A stretch of DNA of 63,753 nt, the filler included, from Klebsormidium nitens (taxonomy: Eukaryota; Plantae; Klebsormidiophyceae): assembly GCA_000708835.1 (NCBI GenBank). It is 4 parts of 4 records of this genome, joined end to end, with 100 filler letters (N's around TTAATTAATTAA, not from the genome) between each part and the next. Parts side by side here need not be neighbours in the genome. Positions count along the whole stretch, not along the records: positions 1 to 31,520 come from DF237758.1; positions 31,621 to 43,230 come from DF237799.1; 2 more parts are not named here. One strand, given 5' to 3'. Position 1 is the stretch's first letter, and each line of letters opens with the position of its first letter. A program made the position numbers and the translations under genes. The notes beneath the pieces are model-generated. The model was not told where the DNA came from and did no database searches. It worked only from the letters and a program-made list of their open reading frames with translations. Below are positions 29,155-40,820 of this stretch, piece by piece.

Positions 29155-30122
29155 TTATCTGAAATTTGTTTCAGCCGAGTGGTAAGCCGAGATTGAGCGT
29201 GGTGACTTATTCAGGACGAGTGAATGGAAGAAGTGGGCCGCCTTGGCGTCTGGGTTGTACCACGCAAACCCCCGACCGCCCTGGACAGCATTTACATAGC
29301 GTCGTAGCCCGATTTTGTCGCTCTTCCAAACGGTTTTCAAGCCTGCACCCTTGTTGAGGGCGGACTTAACCTGTTTGGCCTTCGTTTTAGGCAGGATCAG
29401 AGCGTAACCAAAGTCGATGATTGTTACCTTTCCGGTCTTCTCGTTAAAAACATGTTTCCAGCGTGCATATCCGCATGAATAGCTCCCAGCAGCCAGAGCG
29501 TGAGGATTGCTCGTTCAATGACGGTAAACTGCACGCTGGTCAGGTGTTTTTCGTGGCTCACGAACTTGTCGATTGGCTGCCCTGGAGCCTCTCCCATCAC
29601 CGTAATGAATGCCATCCCCATCCTGTCATGGCCCTCCAGAAGGCCTGCGTAGAAGATGGGCGGCACCACGTCACTGCCACAAACCTTGGAGCCTCGGAAC
29701 GTCGTTTCCTGGTTATGCAACCATGATTGCAACTTGCACTCCCTCTGGCATTCATCAATGTCGTCATAGTCATCTAGCAGATGGACCTTGATGACCACGG
29801 AGGAGGGCGCCATTTTAGGGTTCCCAATCACGTAGGCGCTGAGGCACCGAAACAGCTGATTGTGGAAGGCTGCGGGCGCCTGCTTGGCCCGGTAGGCACG
29901 GCCGTGGCTTCCGGCCGAGAGGAATCCAAGCTTGCCCCCGAGCTTCAGCTCCTCCAGGAACCTCTTGCCTCCACCCTCTGTCGGCCGGAAGTCGGAGGGA
30001 GCAAGGTGGCCTTTGGAAGGAATCGTGGCGTTCAGAAAGGGAAGAGTGACCCTGTTGCGCTGGCGTCTGCCCTTCACCCAGTGGCTGTAGGGGCCTCCGT
30101 CTGCAGGTGGGCTCAGATCCAT
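29155..30122 (-). pseudogene. Viral-type protein kinase (~322 aa) with one 1-nt frameshift
   Basis: LSAGSHGRAY (Gly loop), VVIKV, ECQRE, HADMHAGN. One base missing from the A5 run at 29446-29450 shifts the frame; restoring it gives GNMFFNEKTGKVTIIDFG (DFG at 29407-29415), which joins ORF 29155-29340. Confidence 0.85.
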
Positions 30123-30200
30123 TGGTTATAGCAGAGATAATGATCCACGTTCGTGCCAGTCACTTTCGTTTTTTTTTTTCACCTTAGTGTATTGGTGAGT

Positions 30201-31428
30201 ATGTCAGGAGGTCTTCTGTCTTTGGTGGCTCAGGGCGCCCAGGATGCTTACCTCACGGGAAGCCCTCAAATCACGTTCTTCAGGATCGTCTATTGCAGGT
30301 ACACCAACTTTGCTTTGGAAGCCATCGAGCAGACATTCAATGGCGCGGCTGATTTCGGCCGCCGCGTCACGGCCACGATTTCTAGGAACGGGGACCTGGT
30401 GACCACGATGTATCTGCAGGTCACCCTGCCGGCGCTGACTTCGACCACGACGCATACGGAGCTGCGTTACATCAACTCGGTGGGCCACGCCCTCATGCGA
30501 AACGTAGAGGTGGAGATTGGAGGTCAGAAGATCGACAAGATCCCATCCGAGTACATGGAGATCTTCCACCAGCTGTCGATGCCCGAGGAGAAGAGGAAGG
30601 GTTACGAGGAGATGGTCGGCCAGCCGAGCAACAGCGACACGGTCCCGTCTTCCAACAGGACCACCGCTGACACGGCCCTCTTGAACCTCAATCACTCCAC
30701 CACGCTTTACATCCCGCTCTTCTTCTGGTTCAACCGAGTGCTAGGGAACGCTCTGCCGCTCATCGCCCTTCAATATCACGAAATCAAGGTCAATATTGAA
30801 TTCCGTTCCCTTAATGAGCTCTACAGGTCCAATGTGGCTGTTTCTTTCAACCCGGTCCCGTCAATCGTGAGTGCCTCGTTGTACGTCGATTATGTTTATT
30901 TAAATACGGACGAAAGGAGAAAATACGCATCTTCTTCGCACGAATTTCTAATAGAGCAGCTCCAATTTACGGGTTCAGACACTTGGAGCGGCGGAACGGG
31001 CACCAGCAAGATCCGAATGTCCTTCAATCACCCCGTCAAGGAGCTGATCTGGACATGCACACCAAGCGCCAGCGCATCTGCCGACCCCGTTGCCGGCAAC
31101 ATGTGGTTCGACGGCGGAGAGCAGAATTCGGGAACCGACCTGATGACGACCGGAAAGATCCTGCTCAACGGCCACGACCGCTTCCAGGAGCGGGCCGCCC
31201 CCTACTTCCGCCTGGTGCAACCGTACCAGCATCACACCAGGATCCCCAGTTGACCGCTTCATCTACGTCTACAGCTTCGCCTTGAAACCGGAAGAGCATC
31301 AACCATCGGGAACTTGCAACTTTAGCAGAATCGATAATGCGGCGCTCAACCTCGGCCTCGACAGCGACGACCCTGTCAAGATCTCCGTTTATGCCGTCAA
31401 CTACAACGTTCTACGTGTGACCTCGTGA
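30201..31428 (+). pseudogene. MCP: NCLDV major capsid protein (double jelly-roll), ~408 aa after correcting one frameshift; C-terminus truncated
   Basis: MSGGLLSLVAQGAQDAYLTGSPQITFF, RYTNFALE, FGRRVTATISRNGDL, LPLIALQYHE, EFLIEQLQFTG, FNHPVKELIW, LLNGHDRF, YFRLVQPYQHH. An extra T at 31250-31251 creates TGA; removing it continues SDRFIYVYSFALKPEEHQPSGTCNFSRIDNA...YAVNYNVLRVTS*. Confidence 0.96.
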
Positions 31429-31520
31429 AGCGGCGTTGAACAGAATCGACTCGGGGTGAGAGAGATACGGCTGGAGAGACGATATACGAGCTGAAGATAG
31501 CTGTTGAGTGATAACTCTCT
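31426..31520 (+). mobile_element. Probable start of an LTR-type insertion truncating the MCP
   Basis: Begins with TG exactly where capsid similarity ends, shares a motif with 1-30, and runs into the assembly spacer. Confidence 0.3.
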
Positions 31521-31620
31521 NNNNNNNNNNNNNNNNNNNNNNNNNNNNNNNNNNNNNNNNNNNNTTAATTAATTAANNNNNNNNNNNNNNNNNNNNNNNN
31601 NNNNNNNNNNNNNNNNNNNN
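31521..31620. other. Artificial assembly spacer (44 N + TTAATTAATTAA + 44 N)
   Basis: Six-frame stop linker at 31565-31576, with identical architecture at the two other sites. Confidence 0.95.
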
Positions 31621-32017
31621 AGAAGGTAATTCCAACGGAAAGACGTCCGCGTACTCTTCCAGAAGGGCCTTCAGTTGCACATATGCAGGTAAATCCATAT
31701 CCAACTTAAGTTCAGCCAATTGGATTGAAATGCTAAATGCTTGAGCTGGCTAAGGAAGTTGGGTTTATGGCTCTTGGCTTCCCTTGTTCGGGGGCAGTCA
31801 TTGAATCCAGCTTTTGTTGACTTCAGCAACTTCTGGTTTATGGCCTCCCACGTCGGGGGACAATCAGAATTCACCTGAAGATGTTTCTGTTATGAGGCAC
31901 TTGATATGTTGAGCTGGTTTTGAGTTAATGTTAAGCTGAGTGTTCCGATTGCCAACGGTACTGTATTATGTTGCTAATTTGGAGCATGTAATCTGATCTG
32001 CAGTAATACAAATCAAC

Positions 32018-33969
32018 ATGGGTACAGAAGAGAGGAGTCCAGTTGAGCCTGAGACTGATCCGGAATTTGCTCAGAGAGAGAGGGTTGCATATCGAAGGAT
32101 TGAGGAATTGAATCACAAAGAGAGAGAAGTAGAGCTGCGGGAGCGTCAGCTCCAAGAAGTTTTGCAGGAGAAGGCTGTACTGGAGCAACGTTTGCGGGAG
32201 CTCCAAGTTAAGAGTCAAGTTTCAGCTGAACCGTTGTCGCCTCGTCATGTTGAGAGTTTTGCCTTGCCAAAGGAGGAGAAAGACCTCCTGATGGCTAACC
32301 TACAACAAGAAATGTCAGAGCACCTCAAGGTTTTCAGTGAAAGTTTGCGCGCCGAGCTACTCCAGCAACATTCAAAAGTGCCTGTACTTCGTCCCGCGCG
32401 CCCAGTCGTGGTTGACAGCCCAGCTGCTGTTGCTTCCGTCATGCAAAGTTCTACTCTCACTTCGTCACCAATTGATTCTGTGTTTACATTTGGGGGTCAA
32501 GCTGGAGTTCCTGCTACACAAGCATTTGGTAGCTTTCCCCACTGTCATCCTGGTTCAACTGCGCCGGTGACACAACCTGATTCAAATGCTCGTTCGTCGT
32601 TAAATGCACTTTTTGGTGGGTGTTCGTCACAGTTCGCGTCGCTTACACCGCCAGGCAGTATATCAGAAGGTGTGCCTATATTGCAATCTGTTAATGCTGC
32701 TACCGGGACTTCTCCAGCTGCTGCAGTGGGCTTTGGTTCCAAAATCTTTTCAGACGTGCCGCCAGCAGTGACGTCAGCAAGGGACCACCCTTGGCAGCCT
32801 AGTGCTTCGTCTTTTGTGTTTGGGGCTCAAAACCCCGCATCGTCTACAGCCCATTTTGTTCCTCATGTTACTGGTCTCAATGCTACTTATCCGTCTTGCT
32901 TTGCTGGTCACGGGGCCGCTGCTCCGTCGCCACAAGGTTTTGCTCAAAACATGATGTCACCAGGGTTTTTCATGCCTGCATATGCTAACTCTGGGTTCGT
33001 TTCTCCCAATCACCTGGTTCGTCTCAGGGTACTGGTTCACCCAACCTGCAAATTCTTCCTACTTTTGATGGTACTCGGAAAGGTCTGACTGCAAGGTCCT
33101 GGCTGACAGACCTTGAGCAGGTCCGCGTACTATACAATTTGTCGGACCAGAAAATGACCCCTTTGGCTCGTCTCCGTTGTATTGGCAAGGCCCGTGACTG
33201 GGCAGAGAAACAGCCGGAACATCAGACCTGGGAGGAGTTTAAGCTGGCTTTTCTGCTCGAGTATGGTGAACACAATCAAGACAAACTGTTCTTGGAAATG
33301 CTTAATCACATCCAGGATGACTCGTCTGTTGGTGAGTATACAACTGCAATGCAGCGTTACTTTCGTCAGTTAACAAACGTGACCCCGGAGAAGCAGAAGG
33401 AATACTTTGTCAGAAACTTGAAAATGGGTCTTCGTGAGAGTGTCTTTGATGCCAGTCCGTCGTCTTTGATTCAAGGTATTGAGATTGCCCGCCGCGCTGA
33501 GGACATGTATGCAGCTTTGCCCGGTAAATAGGAGGAACCTGGGACCGAGATTCGGAAACTTCGTAAGCAGGTTGAGCTCCTTTCGATTCAAAAGAAGCCT
33601 GCTGACCTTCGTATGTTAGCGCGTCCTGCGCCTGGTCCTGCACAGCCTGCCGTTCAGAATTCCGGTCCTCAGAGTGATAACGGAGATGCAGGGGATTATG
33701 CTCGGAGATGTCTGGCTTGCAATGATCCTAATCACGTCGTCCGGAATTGTCCGAATCCTCCGAAATATCCGTACTTCTCTTGCTGTGATTTTTGGCGCAG
33801 GCACAGGGACGGGTGTCCCGAGCTGGGCAAGATGCAGGCGACGCACGCTCAAAACTATCTCGGCGCTAACATCAATGTCCTCGAGCCTAGTTCTCCGGAT
33901 TCTGCAAGTCGTCCCCCGGAGGAGATCTTCGCGTTCATTGACGATGAATCTGACGCCTCGTCCGACTGA
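32018..33969 (+). pseudogene. gag: gag with retrotransposon capsid domain and CCHC zinc knuckle
   Basis: WEEFKLAFLLEYG..QDDSSVGEYTTAMQRYF; CLACNDPNHVVRNC (CX2CX4HX4C) at 33709-33750. Frameshift near 33010-33060 and in-frame TAG at 33529-33531. Confidence 0.88.
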
Positions 33970-34426
33970 AAGCTCTGATACGGAATCTCAAAACTCTGAT
34001 CAAGAGATCTATGCAGGCAAACGAAGGCGAGAACCTGAGCCAAGGCGTGAAGCGGAGGCGCCGGGTGGCGCGAAAGCATAGAAACGTGACGTCAACCAGC
34101 TTCCTCGCAAGCGTGAAGCCGTAAAACACGTCTCAAATCATCTTTCTGCAGAAGAGAAGCAAAAACGGAAGGAGACGCGTGAGCGCAACCGGGAAATCAA
34201 TCGCGAGACCAACCTCGGAATCATCCGTTCACTGCTTAAGGGTGTTCAACAGGATATTGCCGCTCATCGTAACCTGAAACATATCCGCACAGATCTGCAT
34301 CACCACATCGACAAAATTCTCTTCCACAACCGGGAGGAGAAGAAGGCCGTCCGTCCGCCAAAAGCGGACAAGTCGTCAAGTTCGTCTAAGCCGCCTGAGT
34401 CTCTCTTCGCAGTTATACAATCCGAG

Positions 34427-34900
34427 GTGATCCCGAACTCGTCACAGGACAAAACACAATCGTCTTCCGAATCTCGTTACATGCACATCGAGCTTGAGCG
34501 TGGTCCGTCTGGTCGGAAAGAACGGTATGAAGTGCCTTCGTTTCCTCTTCGGATAGAAATCTTTGCTGAGGTTGAAGGTTTGAGAATGAGAGTCCAGCTT
34601 GACTCTGGTGCCACGTTTTCCGGAATCTCCCGGGAGGCTGTGCACAAGTGTGGCTTGGCCGGCAAAATCAAGCCGACCCATATGACTTATAAAACTTCGT
34701 CTGGTGAAATCCGTCCTGCCGAGGGCAAAGTGCGTGTCCACATTCAGATCGAACGCCTTCGAGTCACTTCCACAATGCTCGTCATGCCTTACGGCTGTTC
34801 TTACAATCTTCTTCTGGCCAATGACATCGTCGGTCCCCTCACAGGAGATGTCTGTCGGAGCACAAAACAGGTGAAGTTCTTCTGGGGCAAACCATCCTGA
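34427..34900 (+). pseudogene. pol: pol: aspartic protease domain
   Basis: VQLDSGATFSGIS (DSG at 34601-34609) and YNLLLANDIV; frameshifted at its 3' end. Confidence 0.88.
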
Positions 34901-35450
34901 CTCCTCTATTGCATGAGATGTCTGATGATGACGTCAAAGTCCGTGAGTCGTACTTTTTCACCGTCAACCAGTTGTCTTCGGAGTGCCATGATTCTGACGG
35001 TCCTAAGCCCGTGGCTTACATTGATGAACCGCCTGACTTCTTCTTGTTGGATGAGTCAAAAAACGAGTAGCTGACCCTCCTCTTAGCTCCGAGTCTTACA
35101 ATGTTGAATCTAAACGGGGGCCTGTTTTGAGAGGAGTTAAAATTCGTTCCGAGAGTGACCTAGAAGTCTGCCGTTCCTGGATGCGTGCCAACAAGTTGAA
35201 GAACGGAAGAGTCGAGCACATCCTGAAGCATGCCAGGAAAGCCGTCAACGATTCTGGCGTCCCTGATTTCGTCTGGTTGTATTCTGAGGATGTTTCCGAC
35301 CCTCCGGTTAGTCTGTTGCGTATTCAAATCGAGCTTGTGACTGACAGCGTGCAGGAGATCTACTCGTCTGATCCCGCTTCGTCCAGTTCTTCATAATATA
35401 CAGACGAAGAAGTTGAAAAGATCATAAATACTATCTCGTTTGGCAAGAAT

Positions 35451-36887
35451 TTGTCGGAATCGGAAACAGAGTTGCTGCAAAATGTCGTCAAGAAAAACAT
35501 CAGAGCTTTTAGTCGGTACAAAGGTGATCTCGGGTTTACAACTCTCATTGAACATGAGATCGATCTCGTCAATCATACTCCGGTCAAACTTCGTCCTTAT
35601 AAGCTGTCCTTTGAAGAGCAGAAAGCAGCGGCATAATACGTTGCGCAATTAATTCGTGAAGGGCAGGTTGTTCCGAGTAAGTCCCCGTGGTCAAGTCCTG
35701 CTTTCCTCGTCCCAAAACCTGATGGGTCGTATCGTTTCGTCGTTGATTACCGCAAGCTCAATGAAGTTACGCGCTCCTGGTCTATGCCTTTGCCTTTCAT
35801 GTCCGACCTGCAGCAACAGCTAGGCCAGGCCCGCTACTTTGCAACAATGGATATTGCTAGCGGTTTTTACAATGTTCCTATGAAAGCCGAACATCGTCAG
35901 TATACAGCATTTTGTCTTCGGAATCTTGATCTCTTTGAGTGGCTCGTCATGCCTATGGGGTTGAGAAACGCCCCTGCCACGTTCACTCGTCTGCTAGAAT
36001 TCGTCTTTCCTCCGCTCGATTGGTCTTCGTTTCTGAAAGTTTTTATTGATGACATGTGCGTCTTTGCTGACTCTATTCCTGAGCTTGCTTGGTATCTCGA
36101 CCGTGTTCTTTCTCGTGTAATTTGGGCCGGCCTTAAACTTGCACCCCAGAAATGCTTCTTTGGCGCCGACTCCGTCAAGTTTCTGGGGCACATTATCTCT
36201 AATGGCCAAATCACGATGGAGAAGATTGAGGCAATCCGTAACCTGCTTCCCCCTGAGGATAGGCATCAATTGCAACAAGTTCTTGGCCTCTTTCAGTATT
36301 ACCGAGTTTTCATACCCAAGTTCGCACACATTGCTCGTCCTATCATGTCCAAGCTGCTTTCGAAAGATGAGCCGTTCGTCTGGTCCACTGCTTGTCAAGA
36401 AGCTTTCGACTTTCTGAAAGATGCACTCTGTTCGTCCCCAATTCTGGCTTGTTACAATCCCGAGTTTGAGTTCGTCCTTGATACCGACTATCAGCAAAAC
36501 GCTATTTCGGCGATTTTTGGAATGCGGAATCCTACGTATAGGCGAGAACAAGTCATCGAGTATGCTTCCCGCACACTTACAAAACAAGAACAGAGCCTGT
36601 CTGCAACCGAGGGGAAACTTCTCGCGGTCATTTTTGGCCTTCGTCGCTTTTCCGTTTACCTTCGAGGGCGTCCGGAATTGGTCTTGCGCACTGATCATCG
36701 GGCTCTTACCTGGTTAAAAACTCTTAACCCAACAACCGGGAAGCTTGCTCGTTGGTCATACCTTTTGCAGGCAGAATTTAACTTTCGAGTCGAGCACCGT
36801 GAAGGGAAAAGTCACCTCAATGCTGATGCATTGTCCCGAGCTGTAGCAAAGCACTTGAAACAGCGGCCGTATTTGGAGAAGGATTGA
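35451..36887 (+). pseudogene. pol: pol: reverse transcriptase and RNase H
   Basis: IEHEIDL..PVKLRPYK, SPWSSPAFLVPKPDGSYRFVVDYRKLN, MPMGLRNAPATF, FIDD (36042-36053), KCFFG..VKFLGH, LDTD..YASRTL..TDHRAL..NADALSR. In-frame TAA at 35634-35636. Confidence 0.96.
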
Positions 36888-37384
36888 CCAGGCCTATCTC
36901 GTCTGCTATCCGTTTTCAGTCGACTAACCTGTTGGAGTTTCTCTTACAGCATATAAAGCATGGCTTCGTCTGGCTCGGATCAGCATATGAGATCGTCATC
37001 GTCAAGTCCGTCGTCGTCTCGTCACCGTCACCCGCTTCGGGAAAGCGGAAATCGTCCTCTCAAGATCTTAGCGACATGGAAGGTAATCCTTCATCAAAGA
37101 AGAAGCGGAAATCGTCCATTCCATCTCCTTCGTCTCCCGGTAAGAAAAAGAAGTATGTGTACACTGAAGATCAAAAACGCCAGCTTCGTCAAGACCATTA
37201 CAAGTTGCTTCACGAGATTGATCACTTTAAACGAACTTCGTCATTTCCGGATTGGGTCAAATCAAAGTCTGATCGGCAGAATTTTAAACGGAATGATCGT
37301 TTTGTATCGTCGCGGACCAGCTTCACAAAAACTCGTCAACTCCAAATCGGCCTTGCCGTGTGTTGTGAGAAAATGAGATTTATC

Positions 37385-38742
37385 CAATGCTGAAAGAACT
37401 TCATGAAAAGGGCGCTCACTATCCAAAAGATCAAGGTAAGTTTCGAACACTCGTCGAGCAACGTTCCTTCTTTCCTCAGCTAGATTTCTGAAATCACTCG
37501 ACATTTTATTCTGACATGTGACACGTGTCAAAAGGAGAAAGCGTCTAAGGCTAGTCGGACCGATAGAGAATATAATCCACCCCCACCGACTGATCCCTAC
37601 TTCCGTGTACACGTTGATCTGTGTGGGCCTTTCCGAAACGGTCTGAACAAAAAACGCTTCGTCTTTGTCTGTCTTGATTCCGTCACCAAGTACGCATCAG
37701 TCAAAGTCATCCCAAACAAAAAGGCTGCTACCGTGGCACGAATATTTGACGATGAGATTCTTGACCGTCACGGGTGTCCGTTCGAAGTCGTCACTGACCA
37801 AGGCACGGAGTTCAGTGCAGAATTTTCTGATCTATTAAAGGGTGCCGGTCTTCGTCATGTCCGAGTCCGTCCGAAAAACCCACAGGCAAACGGTCAGGTG
37901 GAAAGATTTATGCAGATTCTGAAGTCCACCTTGCGTGCCACGTGTCACGAGCATCCGTCAGACTGGGAACGCTTCGTTCAGAAAACAGCCTTCAAATACA
38001 ACGTCTCTTTCCAGCAGTCAATCAGGACAACTTGAAGCCCCTTCGTTTGTCTCTTTGGTCGCCAGCCAATCCTTCCGGCTGATCATGTCTTTCCGTCAGC
38101 ACTTTCTGAGGCCGTTGATCAGCCCACAACGGACTCTCTAGAAAGTCAGGCTTCTCGTCTGGAGGCAATTCGGAACGTGCAAAGACAATCGAAACTTTTA
38201 ATCGAACAAGCTCAGATCAAAGCAAAAGAGAACTTTGCACGGTGGAACATTCCTCGTCGTCCTCGCTCCAATTCTCTTTCCCCGGGAGATTACGTCATCG
38301 TCTAGGTAACATTTGCGGGTTTAAACTTCACTGGGAAGGTCCGCATCACTTCGACGGATGGGTCGGAGAGGAACCGAATCGTCGTGCTGTTCTTCGAGAT
38401 CAGAAGGGTCATATCTGGCAGCGCCCTAGTGTTGAAGTCCTAAGTTACCTACCTAGGGAGACATTCCTGGACAAAGTCGTCCGTCCTTTGCAAACGGAAA
38501 TGGAAAATGCAGTTCAAACTCCTTTGCCCGAAGCCATTGCAGGTAGTCCGTTGCAAGAAGGAGAAACAATTCCGTCTGAGGCGCCATTGTCTCCAGAGAT
38601 CGTCCTTATGTTTGATTCAGAAAAGCCTGCCGAGTTTCCTCGATTTGATCCTACCACTTTTGTCCGTCCTCTCGAATCCGTGCAGGAACCCGAAGTCCGC
38701 CAGTCAACAAGAACGAAGAAAAAGAGCTCACGTTTAGCCTAA
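37385..38742 (+). pseudogene. pol: pol: integrase (HHCC, DDE core, GPY/F module)
   Basis: LHEKGAH..TCDTCQK, VHVDLCGPF, VVTDQGTEF, PQANGQVERF, KLHWEGPHH, and a terminal RQSTRTKKKSSRL. Interrupted by stops and frameshifts. Confidence 0.92.
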
Positions 38743-38748
38743 GTTGAC

Positions 38749-40786
38749 ATGAACAGTACTAACACTTCTCAGATCCCCTTGTACAGAAGTGGTACCAGAT
38801 GCACGAGTTCCGGTTCCGCCAGTACCAGTGTTCGTCCCTGTTCCGCCTCAGCAGCAAAACCTGCCCGTCTACCAGCGAGATCCTGACAACTGGGGCCGCT
38901 TTCCGGCTGTGCGGGACATGTTCAACGCCCTCTCCGCATATCGTCCTCATTCCTGGGGTCTACCCCCTCCTGGCCGCCATCCATATCTGGGATGACCTCA
39001 GTCGTCCCGATCAAGTAACACTGGAGCAGCACTTCGTTAAGAGTCTTCGGGAAAATGAGAGGTATCAGCAGTGTCGTCAGAGGGACCCTCAGCTTGCGGT
39101 TTACCTCGATTGCCTAGAGGGAATGATAGAGGGTGAGCTCGCCTACGAAGTCGACGATCTCATTCCCAGTGTAGAGTTTCACTGTCCCTCTCCCCCAAAC
39201 CAGGAGTTTGGTGCCTGGCTAAACCGTCTCAAGCCAGAGTCCACAGAAAAGAAAATTAGAGACGACCTCGTCTACTTCTGGTTACGGTTAGAAAAGCTAC
39301 CCCGTTCTCCTATCCTCCTTCCTACCCACATCTTCCCTCCAGATCAAGTGCTCAATCTCGGAGCACCTCCGCCTCCTCCAAATCCTCCAGCTGGTAGAGC
39401 GTTAAGAGAGGAACGGGTAGCAGCCGGAGTTTCGTCTCAAGCGCAAGCCGCGCTGCAGAGGATCGACTCGTCGAATCCTCGTCCTCGTCCTCGTCAACCG
39501 GCAGTGCCCTCGTCTGTTGCTCCTTCGTCTGTTGTGCTTCCCGCACAACATCCTTCGTCTGTTGTGCCTCAGGCACACAACCCATCGTCTTCGTCTTATG
39601 TGCCTTTGGCACAAAGCTCGTCGCTTTCGTCTCATTCGTCCCCGGCTGCACAACCACCGTCTTTGAGCCGCGCGCCGGCTCTCTCCTCGTCTTTTCCCCC
39701 GTCAACTTCGTCTCTGTCCCCCTCGTCTGTTCTCCCCTCGTCATTTCGTCTTCCTCCGGACACAAACCAGCCCCCTCCTCTGCTTTATCCACTTCCGCCT
39801 TCCACAACCATTTCCCCCGCCCATCCCTCATTCCGCCATTCCGTTTCCGTTCCCACCCCCATTCCGTCCGACCGGGAGCTGATNNNNNNNNNNNNNNNNN
39901 NNNNNNNNNNNNNNNNNNNNNNNNNNNNNNNNNNNNNNNNNNNNNNNNNNNNNNNNNNNNNNNNNNNNNNNNNNNNNNNNNNNNNNNNNNNNNNNNNNNN
40001 NNNNNNNNNNNNNNNNNNNNNNNNNNNNNNNNNNNNNNNNNNNNNNNNNNNNNNNNNNNNNNNNNNNNNNNNNNNNNNNNNNNNNNNNNNNNNNNNNNNN
40101 NNNNNNNNNNNNNNNNNNNNNNNNNNNNNNNNNNNNNNNNNNNNNNNNNNNNNNNNNNNNNNNNNNNNNNNNNNNNNNNNNNNNNNNNNNNNNNNNNNNN
40201 NNNNNNNNNNNNNNNNNNNNNNNNNNNNNNNNNNNNNNNNNNNNNNNNNNNNNNNNNNNNNNNNNNNNNNNNNNNNNNNNNNNNNNNNNNNNNNNNNNNN
40301 NNNNNNNNNNNNNNNNNNNNNNNTTTGAGCCGCGCGCCGGCTCTCTCCTCGTCTTTTCCCCCGTCAACTTCGTCTCTGTCCCCCTCGTCTGTTCTCCCCT
40401 CGTCATTTCGTCTTCCTCCGGACACAAACCAGCCCCCTCCTCTGCTTTATCCACTTCCGCCTTCCACAACCATTTCCCCCGCCCATCCCTCATTCCGCCA
40501 TTCCGTTTCCGTTCCCACCCCCATTCCGTCCGACCGGGAGCTGATTGTGGAGCCGACTTCACGCCAGCCGCTGCGCCGATCCATGTGGGAAGAGGAGATT
40601 CACATCCTGGATGCCGTGCACGAGAGGTTCATCATTCTCATCATCAACAACCGGCCGCCTGATGGCAACCTCGGGGTTAGTTTTACCTTCGTCAACTGGG
40701 TGACGTACATGGGCCAGTGTTTGGGCGCACGTCCTCATCAGAGCATAACGGCCACGACGCACTTTCCGTCTAGCTTTCCGAGGTAG
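38749..40786 (+). pseudogene. Extra ORF of unknown function between pol and the PPT
   Basis: Starts 7 nt after the pol stop. A globular-looking segment (WDDLSRPDQVTLEQHFVKSLRENERYQQCRQRD..LVYFWLRLEKL), a Pro/Ser linker and a C-terminal MWEEEIHILDAVHERFIILIINN segment. Two frameshifts near the 5' end; spans an N-gap. Confidence 0.55.
39884..40323. other. Scaffold gap with duplicated flanks
   Basis: About 220 bp before the gap (from ~39662) reappears verbatim from 40324, indicating an unmerged contig overlap. Confidence 0.9.
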
Positions 40787-40810
40787 TCACGCGAGGACGC
40801 GTGTAGTTTT

Positions 40811-40820
40811 AAGGTGGGGG
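40811..40820 (+). other. Polypurine tract
   Basis: AAGGTGGGGG immediately followed by TG, 25 nt after the last ORF stop. Confidence 0.7.

Larger units (their letters stand above)
28745..31428. mobile_element. Endogenous giant-virus (Nucleocytoviricota) fragment: bro(-), kinase(-), MCP(+)
   Basis: Three closely packed intronless genes including an unmistakable NCLDV capsid gene. Only 78 bp separate the divergent kinase and MCP start codons, in contrast with the intron-rich host genes. Confidence 0.88.

Noticed and set aside
30204-36698. Antisense ORFs 30204-30695, 30975-31262 and 35994-36698
   Set aside because: Shadows of the MCP and RT coding strands; no independent motifs.
39662-40546. 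Apparent 220-bp direct repeat around the gap
   Set aside because: Verbatim copies flanking an N run indicate an unmerged contig overlap, not a real repeat.
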